The notes: generated by a model from the letters alone, not told the origin. Counted from the first letter of the stretch, positions 1 to 8,908 are shown. The stretch is DNA of 64,000 bases from Acidobacteriota bacterium (GCA_021781455.1 JAJXWV010000026.1:40304-104303); one strand, 5' to 3'. A program made the numbers and translations.

Positions 1-291
1 GACGATGCAGTCCAGGTGGGTACAGGTCGCCGAGAACGCCTTGAACTCCGTATCCGAGAGCCGGATCAGGATGACCGGCTCGGCACCGAAACGGACGATC
101 TTGAATCCTTTGTCCATCAGCGCGGGATCGTTCGCAGGGCCGGCTTCGATCTGGTTTGTCGATGCCTCGGGGACCCTCGGCGGACTGATGTACCGGAGGA
201 CGGGGTAGAGCACTGAGGCGGCCAGGGCGCCAAAGGCGGAACCGAGGAACCAGTTGATGAACCGCCGGCGATCGGGGGCGAAAGCTTCCAT
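1..291 (-). CDS. Rieske [2Fe-2S] protein, N-terminal part (gene runs off the left edge)
   Basis: Absent from the ORF track because there is no stop in the window. Reverse translation from ATG 291-289 gives MEAFAPDRRRFINWFLGSAFGALAASVLYPVLRYISPP...FSATCTHLDCIV. This shows a twin-arginine motif, one TM helix and the first Rieske box C-x-H-x-x-C, a PetC/QcrA-like layout. Confidence 0.7.
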   Translation of the reverse strand, partial: MEAFAPDRRRFINWFLGSAFGALAASVLYPVLRYISPPRVPEASTNQIEAGPANDPALMDKGFKIVRFGAEPVILIRLSDTEFKAFSATCTHLDCIV

Positions 292-525
292 GTTGGTGGG
301 GCGTCCTTTCGGATTGGTTCGGTCTACGGGCAGATGCGTTATGAAACGCTGAGGCTAGAACCATCACGTGTGCCTGGACTCACGTGTTCTGGTGAGACGA
401 CGCACAGAGGCTTTGGACCGCTCAAGGTATCCGTGATCCACGCACATCACATCGCCAAGCTTTGGCGAGTTTCGTCGCGCCACCTTGAAACGAGCGGTTG
501 CACGTAGAGTCGACGGAGAGCGTCT

Positions 526-2196
526 ATGGCCGTAGCAGTCGATCTGGAAAACCGGGTTGAGCAGCTCGACGCACGGCTTCGCGCGATTGAGGATCGCCTT
601 GCCAGAATCGAGCAGTCGGACGCTGCCCCCCTCCCGCGGATCGAAGTCCCCGCCGCGGAACCGGCGAAAGCCGCCGCATTCGCAGTTCCGGATACCCGCA
701 CCGACATCGCCCTCGCCGGCCGAAGCCTGATCGGCCTGGGGGGCGCCTACCTCCTGCGCGCCCTGACCGAATCAGGGGTCATCCCCCACCTCGCGGGTCT
801 CGTCGTCGGTCTCCTCTACGCCGCCTTCTGGATCTACCTGACACATCGACAGTCGTCACGTCACGAGGTCCACGCGGCCACGGCCTCGTCGATGGTCGCC
901 GCGCTGGTCGCCTATCCGCTGATCTGGGAGGCAACCGCGCGCTTCGAAACCTTCACGATCGAGATGGCCTGCTTCCTCATGCTGGCCACATCGACCGCGC
1001 TTCTCGCCGTCGCCTGGCGCCACAATTTCGCAACGGCCGCGTGGATCTCCTGCCTCGGCTCGATCATGTGTGCCGGCGGGCTGGCGCTGGCGGCACAGGA
1101 CCCGACGGTTCCGCTCATCGCCTTCTCGATCTCCGGCGCGCTGACATGGCACATCGCGTCGGCGAAGAGGTGGTTCGTCCGCTGGCCGGCGCTAGCGCCG
1201 GCGTGGATCGCCGCGGTCGCGCTGCAGCTCATGGCCGTGAACCGCGGAAATGAACCGATGGACTTCGCGGCAGTGGCTCTCCTGATCTCCGCGTTCGCGT
1301 ACCTCGGCGCAATCGCCGCGAAGAACCTCATCGCGCGAGAGGACATCACCTGGTACGACGTGGCCCAGGCGTTCGGCACGATCACGTTCGTGCTCAGCGG
1401 AGCGGCCTGGATCGCCGCGCAGTCGCACTCGCTGATGCTCCCGGTCATGATGGCGATCGCCACGGTTGCCGGCGGCGCGTACTTCACGGCGCTGCGACAG
1501 ACGCCGGAAGACATCGTCGCGCCGTACTACTTCGGCGGCCTGGCCATCGCCTGCACACTCTTCGCGACGGCGATGGCGGCGACGCCGACGAAGGCCGGCA
1601 TGATCTGGATCGTGTTCGCGACCGTGAGCATTTTCGCGGCGCGGGCGCTGGCGACCTCGCAGTTCGTCGTGCATGCGATCGTCTACAGCATTGCCGGAGC
1701 GATCGCCACGGGACTCCTCGGCGGAGCGATCGGCGCGATCACCGGGATGGGAACGCGCCCACCGATCGCGATCGCACCCGGCGTGGCCACGGTCGGGATC
1801 GCCATCGCCGCGGTCACAGCCCTGCTGGTGCGCGACACCACCTCGAGGACGTGGCGAATCGGCCGGGTCGTGCTCTTCGCGCTGGCCTCTCTCGTCGTGA
1901 TCGCGGGCGCCACGCTGATCGTGCTCCGCATCGGCAGAACGGACGCAGCGGCCTCGTCGGCCGTGCGCAGTGCGATGATCGCGATCGCAGCGGTCGCGCT
2001 GGCGTACGTGTCGCGCCTGCCGATCTTCGCGGATGCCTCGCTGCTCGTCTACCCGATTCTCGGCATCGGCGCGGCGAAGTTCATCGTGGACGACTTCATG
2101 AGCGGCCGCGCGGCCACGCTGTTCGTCTCTCTGGCCGTCTACGGGTGCGCGCTTCTGCTGCTGGCACGCATGCGCCGGACGACCGCGACGGCCTGA
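526..2196 (+). CDS. Polytopic membrane protein with N-terminal coiled coil (resembles DUF2339 family)
   Basis: 556 aa. The N-terminus LENRVEQLDARLRAIEDRLARIEQ is followed by more than 12 hydrophobic helices. The family name is from memory only. Confidence 0.6.
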   Translation: MAVAVDLENRVEQLDARLRAIEDRLARIEQSDAAPLPRIEVPAAEPAKAAAFAVPDTRTDIALAGRSLIGLGGAYLLRALTESGVIPHLAGLVVGLLYAAFWIYLTHRQSSRHEVHAATASSMVAALVAYPLIWEATARFETFTIEMACFLMLATSTALLAVAWRHNFATAAWISCLGSIMCAGGLALAAQDPTVPLIAFSISGALTWHIASAKRWFVRWPALAPAWIAAVALQLMAVNRGNEPMDFAAVALLISAFAYLGAIAAKNLIAREDITWYDVAQAFGTITFVLSGAAWIAAQSHSLMLPVMMAIATVAGGAYFTALRQTPEDIVAPYYFGGLAIACTLFATAMAATPTKAGMIWIVFATVSIFAARALATSQFVVHAIVYSIAGAIATGLLGGAIGAITGMGTRPPIAIAPGVATVGIAIAAVTALLVRDTTSRTWRIGRVVLFALASLVVIAGATLIVLRIGRTDAAASSAVRSAMIAIAAVALAYVSRLPIFADASLLVYPILGIGAAKFIVDDFMSGRAATLFVSLAVYGCALLLLARMRRTTATA

Positions 2197-2203
2197 AGAC
2201 GCC

Positions 2204-2393
2204 TGTCATCCCGAGCACTCGAATCGCGCAGGCGCGACACTGGAGAGAAGAAACATTCGATCGTTCCCCCTTCTCCCCGCCGCAGCGGGCAGAGGGCCGG
2301 GGTGAGGGGTCTCGTTCAAAAGGAGACCCCTCCGCCTTCGGCACCTTCTCCCCGCTGCGGCGGGGAGAAGGGCAAAAACGCCAGAGCCCGCAT
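2204..2393. repeat. 190-bp nested-hairpin repeat element, copy 1 (second copy at 47567-47764)
   Basis: Roughly 90 percent identical by eye to 47567-47764. Contains an 18-bp inverted repeat TTCTCCCCGCCGCAGCGG / CCGCTGCGGCGGGGAGAA that encloses the 10-bp stem GAGGGGTCTC / GAGACCCCTC. Lies between convergent genes. Confidence 0.85.
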
Positions 2394-2402
2394 AGTCACC
2401 CC

Positions 2403-4529
2403 TCAGCGGGTCTGGAACTGCGACAGCGTCTTTTTCAGATGGCCGGCGAGGGCATCGAAGCTCTCCACGATCTGCTTCATGCGCGACACGAACGTCAGCG
2501 TCTCGCGGGCGGCCGTCCGGATGCTGGAGGCCTCGCTCACCGCGCGTTCCACGAGCTGCTTGCTCTCCTGCGAAGCCTTGCTGACCTCCTGGGTCAGATG
2601 GTTGGAGTCAATGCTCGCCCTGGAGATCACCTTGACGGTGCCGGTCTGCTCTCCCATGGCCCGGCGGACGTGCTCGGCGAGCTCGCGCATGCTCTCCACG
2701 GCGCGGATGATGGTCTCGCTGCCCTGGGCCTGCTGCACGGTGGCTCGCGAGATCTCGGTCGACAGATCCAAAACGTCCTGGATGGAGCGCGCCACCTCGC
2801 GACTGCCGGCGGCCTGCTCGCTCGTCGCGTGCGCCATCCGCGAGCTCATGAGCAGGGCCCGGTCGGCGCTGGCGATGATGTGCTTCAATGCCTGATCGGT
2901 GCGGTTCACCGACTGCACGCCCACGTCGACACGCTCGATCCCTTCGCGCACCAGGGCCTTCACGTTCCCGGTTTCGGTCTGAATCCCGGAGATCACGCGC
3001 GAGATCTCCTGGGTGGAGGAGGTCGTGCGCTCGGCAAGCTCCCGGATCTCATCCGCAACGACCGCAAACGATCGGCCGTGCTCGCCGGCCTGGGCCGCGA
3101 TGATCGCGGCGTTGAGGGCGAGAAGGTTCGTCTGGGTGGTGACATGGTCGATCACCACCAGGATGTCGCCGATATTGCCCACACTGGCGGAGAGTCTGGA
3201 CACGGTCTCGGAGAGCGCCACGACTGCGGTCCGGATCCTGGTCATCTCTCCGATGGCCGCCTGAATGACGACGCTGCCCTCTTTCTCGGCATCGTCCTTG
3301 ACCTCGTTGGAGATGTGCTGAGAGTCCTGAGCGAGCGACTCCACTTCCTTGATGCTCTTGTCGATCTGGGCGACGCCCACCGACGCCTTCGAGATCAGCA
3401 TGTTGAGCGCTTCGACGTTGCGGGAGACTTCCTTGTTCGAGTTCAGAACCTCGATGACCGACGACCCGGTGTCCTCGACCGAGGCCGAGAGCGAGTCGGC
3501 ATTCCTCGAGACTTCCTCGATGGAGGCGATCATCTCCATGATCGAGGTGGATGTTTCCTCGGACTTGCTGGCCTGGCTTTCCATGCTGCGCACGACGCCG
3601 CCGGCCTGCTCGTTCACCCGGGAGATGAACGCGGCGATCTCGTCGACCGACTGGGACTGCTTGTCGGCTCCCGTCTGCAGGCCCGCAGCCACGGCGGAGA
3701 CGTCGCCGATGGCGCTCTCCAGCTCATGGAATGCGGCGGCCACGCGACCCTGCAGGTCGCGCAGATTCGTGAGCATGTCGTTGAAGGCGCGATAGAGATC
3801 GCTGATCTCGTCGTCTGCGCCGTTCGTCAGAGATCCCCCCTCGCCCTCGTCGAGCGACACGCGGAGGTCTCCGCCTGCCACGACCCGCACTTTGTCCACG
3901 ATCCTGCCGAGTGAGCGAGAAATGTTCCGCGCCATCAGACCACCGAGGAGAACGATGATGACGAGCAGGACGACCACGCCGGCCATCACCACACGCGCCG
4001 TGGCCTGCAGACTCGCCGCTGCCCGGGCCGACTCCTCTTCCCGTTGTATGCGGGATTGCTGCTGCTGTTGCTGGATGGCGTCGAGCAAGGCCTGGTACGC
4101 CGGTGTCGATTCGTCGATGAATCTGGAGTGGGCGGTGGCGCCCTCGGCCACCATCACCGACTCCCGCACGTGGTCGTTCGCCCTGGCGAAGGCGGTGAAC
4201 GCCGCCACCACCGGCCCGCCCTTCCCGCCGGACTCCAGCTGCTTGCCGAGAGCGCCGGTCGCCTCCTGACTCCGCTTCATCAGCGACTCGATGTTGTCCA
4301 AGTCCTTCTCGCGAACGAGCTTCAGCGTCAGGTCCTGGATTGTCGCCGCCTGCTGAATGGCGCCGAATGCCGACTCGAACTGAGACTTCGATTCCGCATT
4401 GATCTGCGCCAGCGTGTTCTGAGAGGAGCGGAGGAGAAACGCGAACGCGCCGATGCAGCCGATCATGCCGAGAGCGGCTGCCGCGAGAATCAATGCAAGC
4501 TTGAGTCTGATGCTAAGTCGTGTGCCCAT
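2403..4529 (-). CDS. Methyl-accepting chemotaxis protein
   Basis: 708 aa with two TM helices flanking a periplasmic domain of about 170 aa, then a HAMP domain. Carries the MCP signalling hairpin [36 protein letters not shown]. Confidence 0.9.
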   Translation of the reverse strand: MGTRLSIRLKLALILAAAALGMIGCIGAFAFLLRSSQNTLAQINAESKSQFESAFGAIQQAATIQDLTLKLVREKDLDNIESLMKRSQEATGALGKQLESGGKGGPVVAAFTAFARANDHVRESVMVAEGATAHSRFIDESTPAYQALLDAIQQQQQQSRIQREEESARAAASLQATARVVMAGVVVLLVIIVLLGGLMARNISRSLGRIVDKVRVVAGGDLRVSLDEGEGGSLTNGADDEISDLYRAFNDMLTNLRDLQGRVAAAFHELESAIGDVSAVAAGLQTGADKQSQSVDEIAAFISRVNEQAGGVVRSMESQASKSEETSTSIMEMIASIEEVSRNADSLSASVEDTGSSVIEVLNSNKEVSRNVEALNMLISKASVGVAQIDKSIKEVESLAQDSQHISNEVKDDAEKEGSVVIQAAIGEMTRIRTAVVALSETVSRLSASVGNIGDILVVIDHVTTQTNLLALNAAIIAAQAGEHGRSFAVVADEIRELAERTTSSTQEISRVISGIQTETGNVKALVREGIERVDVGVQSVNRTDQALKHIIASADRALLMSSRMAHATSEQAAGSREVARSIQDVLDLSTEISRATVQQAQGSETIIRAVESMRELAEHVRRAMGEQTGTVKVISRASIDSNHLTQEVSKASQESKQLVERAVSEASSIRTAARETLTFVSRMKQIVESFDALAGHLKKTLSQFQTR

Positions 4530-4580
4530 CAGGCGGGGCCTCGATTCCGTTTCCAGGGACGCTTCGTCCCCAGGTCCGTT

Positions 4581-5135
4581 CTATTTGAGCTTGGAAACCT
4601 CGAAACCGGCCACGATGGAGCCGATCGGTTTACCGGCATCCAGGACCGGCAGGCCGATCTGGATCTGCTCCACTCCCGTCGATTCATCGAGCTCGACCGG
4701 CCCCGTATAGACCTTTCCCTTCATCGGCACTTCGTGCTTGGCCTTCCCTTTGTGGGACCAGTTCGTCGTCTTGTTGAAGATGGCCACCTTCGTCCCGTCC
4801 GCACCGGAGACGAAGAGCTCGGAAATCGCGGGGTCTCGCTTGCTCTTGAGATACTCGGCGAGGTCATTCTTGCTCAGACCGCGGACGATCGGATCGAGGA
4901 CGGGCAGGCTCTTCCACTTCGCCTCGGTCATGTTCCTGGTTGCAGCAGGCGGATTTGCATTGTGCTGCCTGACGGCCGCGACAACCCTGGGGTCGGTGCT
5001 CATCCACTGAAGCTCCTTGACCTTGGCCTGGACTTTCGCATGCAACGCCGCCGGGTCGGTCGCGGCCAGCGCGGTGCCCGCCAGGATCGTGGTCGTGGCA
5101 CAAACGAACAGGGCGGACTTCGCGAGATTCTTCAT
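4581..5135 (-). CDS. Secreted periplasmic protein, possibly a PDC/Cache-like ligand-binding domain
   Basis: 184 aa with signal peptide MKNLAKSALFVCATTTILAGTALA. Lies 51 nt upstream of the MCP on the same strand. The fold assignment is weak and based on pattern only. Confidence 0.6.
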   Translation of the reverse strand: MKNLAKSALFVCATTTILAGTALAATDPAALHAKVQAKVKELQWMSTDPRVVAAVRQHNANPPAATRNMTEAKWKSLPVLDPIVRGLSKNDLAEYLKSKRDPAISELFVSGADGTKVAIFNKTTNWSHKGKAKHEVPMKGKVYTGPVELDESTGVEQIQIGLPVLDAGKPIGSIVAGFEVSKLK

Positions 5136-5330
5136 CGTCTATCTCCTTGACAAGCCGTTCCACTTTCGACTTCGGGCACAGCGCGCGTTGATTGATGAAC
5201 GTGTAAGGGCGTCGTGGAGAGTGGACGCGCGCCAGCGCACACTCCGCATCGACGGACCCGGTTTCGACGGCAAGATAGTGCTCGGACCCGACAGATCATA
5301 ACGCTGTCGAATTCGGGTGCAGCATGCTTC

Positions 5331-5452
5331 TCATTCCGAGCGTTCGCGAGGAATCTGGGGGAATGGGCGGCGCACGGGTCCGGCCACAGGCAGTTGCAGT
5401 ACCGATCGCGCGCCACCCGCCCGCCCAGATTCCTCGCGAACGCTCGGAATGA
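5331..5452. repeat. MITE-like element with perfect 29-bp terminal inverted repeats
   Basis: TCATTCCGAGCGTTCGCGAGGAATCTGGG at 5331-5359 and its exact reverse complement at 5424-5452, separated by a 64-bp centre. Intergenic. Confidence 0.8.
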
Positions 5453-5486
5453 CAGGATCGCCCTTCGATTCTTGCCTCATTGGGAA

Positions 5487-6662
5487 CTACCGCTCGCGGC
5501 GCACGCTGCGCCGGCATTTGGCCTCGGCGCGCGACTCGATCTGGCGGACGCGCTCGCGGGAGAGGCCGAGGATCTCGCCGATGTCGCGAAGCGTGAGCTC
5601 GTCGTCCTGGAGGATGCCGTAGCGCAGCTTCACGATCGTCTTTTCCTCGAGCGAGAGCTCGTCGACGGCCGTCTGCACGGCACCGTGCTGGCGAAGGGAG
5701 CGGAGGTACTCCATGCGCGGCTTGCTCAGGTTCGGAGACATGCCGGGCGTCAGGTCGCCGAGGTCGTACCAGAAATGCGGCCAGGCCTTCGGGTTCGGGT
5801 TCGTGTAAAGCAGAAGGACAGCCAGCTCGCTCTCGTCGATGAGGAGCTTCTCGCAGATGGTCTGCTTGGCGCGCCGTACGATCTCGCCGACGTTCTCGGC
5901 GTCGCGATTGAGGAACTGGGCCACCTCGTCGACGCGTTTCGGCACGTTGTCACTGACTCCGTGGCGCAGGGTCAGCACCAGCCGTTCTTTCGGCGAGAGG
6001 ACCGACATCTGCGCGAGCAGCTCCTCGCGCCGCGACGCCTCCGCCATCTCGTCTTCGGCCGACGGAATCGTCGTCTGCTCGATCACGTCCGCCAGCTCCG
6101 TGTGCGATTCGTCGTCGAGCTCCGTGTTCAGCGAGAAGTTGTCGCTGTTCGCCTGCAGAAGGGTCTGCACTTCCTTGACCGTGACGCCGAGCTCCTTCGC
6201 CAGCTCGTCCGGCGTCGGCATGTGATTGCCATCCGTCATGGCTGCGGCGATGGCCTTCTCCAGCCTGTACATCAGGTTGGCGCGCTTCGGCGGAAGACGG
6301 AAGGCGCCTCCCTGCTCGGAAAGCGCGTGAAGAATGGCCTGACGGATCCACCACACCGCGTACGTGATGAACTTGACGTTCTTGTCGGGATCGTACTTCT
6401 TGGCCGCGTGGATCAGGCCGATGTTTCCTTCGTTGATCAGATCGAGGAACAGGACGTGGGCGTTGCGGTAGCGCTTCGCATAGGACACGACGAATCGGAG
6501 ATTCGCCTTCACGAGCTCTTCGATGGCCGTCTTGTCGTTCTGCTGCACACGGCGGCCGAGCTCGCGTTCGCGCTCGGGGGTGAGACGCGGTATGCGAGAA
6601 ATCTCCTGCAGATACTGGTTCAGCAGATCGTAGGAGTCGTCGCGCTGTTCGTGGCGAGCCAT
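5487..6662 (-). CDS. RNA polymerase sigma-70 family factor (RpoD-like group) with two sigma-4-like domains
   Basis: 391 aa. Region 2 reads FLDLINEGNIGLIHAAKKYDPDKNVKFITYAVWWIRQAI. A divergent region 4 reads LSPKERLVLTLRHGV...VDEVAQFLNRDAENVGEIVRRAKQ. A canonical region 4 reads LSLEEKTIVKLRYGI...LTLRDIGEILGLSRERVRQIESRA. Confidence 0.85.
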   Translation of the reverse strand: MARHEQRDDSYDLLNQYLQEISRIPRLTPERERELGRRVQQNDKTAIEELVKANLRFVVSYAKRYRNAHVLFLDLINEGNIGLIHAAKKYDPDKNVKFITYAVWWIRQAILHALSEQGGAFRLPPKRANLMYRLEKAIAAAMTDGNHMPTPDELAKELGVTVKEVQTLLQANSDNFSLNTELDDESHTELADVIEQTTIPSAEDEMAEASRREELLAQMSVLSPKERLVLTLRHGVSDNVPKRVDEVAQFLNRDAENVGEIVRRAKQTICEKLLIDESELAVLLLYTNPNPKAWPHFWYDLGDLTPGMSPNLSKPRMEYLRSLRQHGAVQTAVDELSLEEKTIVKLRYGILQDDELTLRDIGEILGLSRERVRQIESRAEAKCRRSVRRER

Positions 6663-6791
6663 GATTCCGGGTGTGCGGCGATTCTACGACGGAATCCGCG
6701 ATCGGCGCGCGTGGAGGATCACCTACGAACGGGTGAGACATGAGGAACGATGAAGGATGAACGTCACGCAGTTGTCCCTCATCCCGATCCA

Positions 6792-6877
6792 GTAGGGACG
6801 CGCAGCTGCGCGTCCGCTCTCTCGTGGGCGAGGGCACGACGACCAAAGCTGCGGACGCGCTGGCTGCGCGTCCCTAC
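6792..6877. repeat. REP-like palindromic unit pair (inverted)
   Basis: GTAGGGACGCGCAGCTGCGCGTCCGC at 6792-6817 and GCGGACGCGCTGGCTGCGCGTCCCTAC at 6851-6877. Each unit is itself a palindrome. The same unit recurs at 12970, 18615 and 63533. Confidence 0.8.
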
Positions 6878-6904
6878 CGCCAGACCTCAGCCCGCTCCCA
6901 TCCC

Positions 6905-7396
6905 TCATCGCCAGGCAACCTGGAGATGATTTCCGTGGTGATCGCGATTGATCTCCTCGCTGAGGCGCTTCGGATCGAGGAGCACGCGCACGACGACCGT
7001 GTCGGAGCGATCGTGCGTGACGAGGAGCATGTCCATCAGATTGCTCCGGCCCGGGCGGGCGTAGATGTAGGTCCATTCGCCGTTGCGCGAATGAGTGGCC
7101 ACCATCGGCCGGTAGTCCGCTCCCTCCTTGGCGTGCAGCAGCGGCTCGATCTCGCGCGCATCGATCGAGAAGTGCTTGTCTTCCCAGGTTGCCAGCTCGA
7201 GGTCGTGAACGCCGTCGGGATGAGCGAACCAGATCACCATGCGCACCAGACCGAACAGCGGGATGGCCGTCCTGTGGTGGCCGCCCTTCGCCTCGATCGC
7301 GCGCACCACGTCCGCGAACTCAGCCCGGGCCCTGGCCGCCGGAATGACGAAAAGAAGGGCGGCCAGCACGAGGGTGATGATGCGACTCCTAGTCAT
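6905..7396 (-). CDS. Secreted hypothetical protein (last gene of the ECF sigma operon)
   Basis: 163 aa with signal peptide MTRSRIITLVLAALLFVIPAARARA. Its start overlaps the upstream gene's stop by 8 nt. Confidence 0.6.
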   Translation of the reverse strand: MTRSRIITLVLAALLFVIPAARARAEFADVVRAIEAKGGHHRTAIPLFGLVRMVIWFAHPDGVHDLELATWEDKHFSIDAREIEPLLHAKEGADYRPMVATHSRNGEWTYIYARPGRSNLMDMLLVTHDRSDTVVVRVLLDPKRLSEEINRDHHGNHLQVAWR

Positions 7397-7934
7397 GGTT
7401 CTTCCCCTTTCCCCTGCCGCTCATTCTCGGGATCCCGAACTGCCCTTCGAGCGACGAGAGCCGGTCGAGATCGACGGGCCCAACCAGGTTTACGATCGTC
7501 AGCTCTTTTGGTTCAGCGGAGAGGATGACCAGGCCGGCCACCTTGTTGCTGCCTTCGCGGGTGTCGACGTAGATCTCGACGTTTTCCTTGTTGCGGCTCT
7601 GCACGGTCACGATCTTCTTCCACGACGGGCCGAGCTGTGAGCGCAACCCGTTGAGAATGGAGCGGTCGTACTCCCCTTCCTTGTCGAACTCGTAACTGCG
7701 GACGTAGATGCCCTGCAGTCCGCTCACCATCTCGCGAACGGCGCGCGCGTCGGCGTCGCTGTCGTCATTCATGAACTTCGAAGCGAGCTTCAGCATCGGC
7801 CCGTCGAGGGTCACGTCGACGCTTTCGGCGGCGCGCGCGGCCAGGTCCGCCGGAAGATCGATTCTCAACCTCTGGGCGAATGCTGCGGGCGTGAGCAGCA
7901 GGGCCATGGCGATGGTCAGTGCGATTCTCTTCAT
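7389..7934 (-). CDS. Secreted DUF4252-like protein
   Basis: 181 aa with signal peptide MKRIALTIAMALLLTPAAFA. Its position directly after an ECF sigma / anti-sigma pair is typical of DUF4252. The family name is from memory. Confidence 0.6.
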   Translation of the reverse strand: MKRIALTIAMALLLTPAAFAQRLRIDLPADLAARAAESVDVTLDGPMLKLASKFMNDDSDADARAVREMVSGLQGIYVRSYEFDKEGEYDRSILNGLRSQLGPSWKKIVTVQSRNKENVEIYVDTREGSNKVAGLVILSAEPKELTIVNLVGPVDLDRLSSLEGQFGIPRMSGRGKGKNHD

Positions 7935-7946
7935 GATCTTGTCCTT

Positions 7947-8255
7947 TCAACCATTCGTGTGGGATCCGATGCCGCGCACCTGCTCCTGTGCGAAGCGAAC
8001 CTTGGCGCCGGCAATACGCAGCGCGAGCAGCGCCTGATCGCGGGCGCGTTCACCGGCGCGGCGTTCCATCTCGTGGCGCGCCACCCAGCCGCCACCCAGC
8101 ACCACCAGCACCAGGGCCGCAGCGACGGCCTGCCATCGCCGGGCGCGGACCTGCCGCGGCGGCGCCGGTTCGAGCCGTTTGAGCACGCGATCGGCGAGAC
8201 CCGGCGCCGGGTCTGCGCGGTGAAGCGCGCGTTCGAGGTTGCGTTCCAGGTGCAT
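7947..8255 (-). CDS. Single-pass anti-sigma factor (putative)
   Basis: 102 aa with one TM helix, WQAVAAALVLVVLGGGWV. Its start overlaps the ECF sigma stop in an ATGA arrangement. Confidence 0.5.
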   Translation of the reverse strand: MHLERNLERALHRADPAPGLADRVLKRLEPAPPRQVRARRWQAVAAALVLVVLGGGWVARHEMERRAGERARDQALLALRIAGAKVRFAQEQVRGIGSHTNG

Positions 8256-8797
8256 CAGCAGTCTCCGAGTTTCTTCCGCAGCGCCTGCAGCGCGCGGTAA
8301 AGGTGGCTCTTCACGGTCCGCAGCGGGATGCCGAGGATCCGGCAGATCTCGGCGGGATCGAGGTCTTCCTGGTAACGAAGCGTGATGGCGATGCGCTGGG
8401 CGTCGGGCAGCTCGACGACGAGCTCGCGCAGCCGGCGCTCGAGCAGCAGGTCGGGCTCGGGCGACTCCACGGCGCGCGCATCCGCTTCGTCGAGGGGAAC
8501 CGCGCGCAACCGGAAGCGCCGCTTCTCGTCGATGCAGCGGCGCGACGTCACCTGCCGAAGCCAGAAAACGAGGTGCGAGGACGACTCGATGGCGGCCAGC
8601 GAACGGTAAAGGCGGACGAAGACGTCCTGCGCGATCTCATCGGCTCTGTCCCGATCACCGAAGAAGTGCAGGGCGATCGAGAAAACCATCGCCTCGTGCT
8701 CGTCGATCAACCGGCTGAACGCGTCGTGATCTCCCCGTTGTGCGGATCGGAGGGTCTCGTCCGGATCACCGGCAGCCTCGATGATCGCAGTCATCAA
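8255..8797 (-). CDS. ECF-type RNA polymerase sigma factor
   Basis: 180 aa. Region 2 reads DEIAQDVFVRLYRS and region 4 reads LPDAQRIAITLRYQEDLDPAEICRILGIPLRTVKSHLYRA. The track start is TTG at 8797; ATG at 8794 is more likely. Confidence 0.85.
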   Translation of the reverse strand: MMTAIIEAAGDPDETLRSAQRGDHDAFSRLIDEHEAMVFSIALHFFGDRDRADEIAQDVFVRLYRSLAAIESSSHLVFWLRQVTSRRCIDEKRRFRLRAVPLDEADARAVESPEPDLLLERRLRELVVELPDAQRIAITLRYQEDLDPAEICRILGIPLRTVKSHLYRALQALRKKLGDC

Positions 8798-8835
8798 TGG
8801 CTATATACGGAGAAAACGGGCGGGCGACTGCAGAT

Positions 8836-8894
8836 GGGGTGACCGGGTCACCGTGTCACCAAGTCACCCGGTGACCCGGTGACTCGGTGACCCC
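8836..8894. repeat. Tandem-word-arm hairpin HAH1 (word GTCACC, spacing about 8 nt)
   Basis: GGGTCACCGTGTCACCAAGTCACCC is followed by GGTGACCCGGTGACTCGGTGACCCC, forming an imperfect hairpin. Lies between the cytochrome c stop and the ECF sigma start. Confidence 0.6.
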
Positions 8895-8908
8895 GAAGTC
8901 GATCCCAC

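Noticed and set aside
1851-3914. 687-aa plus-strand ORF overlapping the chemoreceptor gene.
   Set aside because: It is antisense to a CDS with unmistakable MCP motifs. Its translation is Arg/Gly/Ala/Asp/Leu-rich with no motifs, which is typical of shadow ORFs in high-GC DNA. The same applies to 4044-5150, 5214-6743 and 5950-6846.
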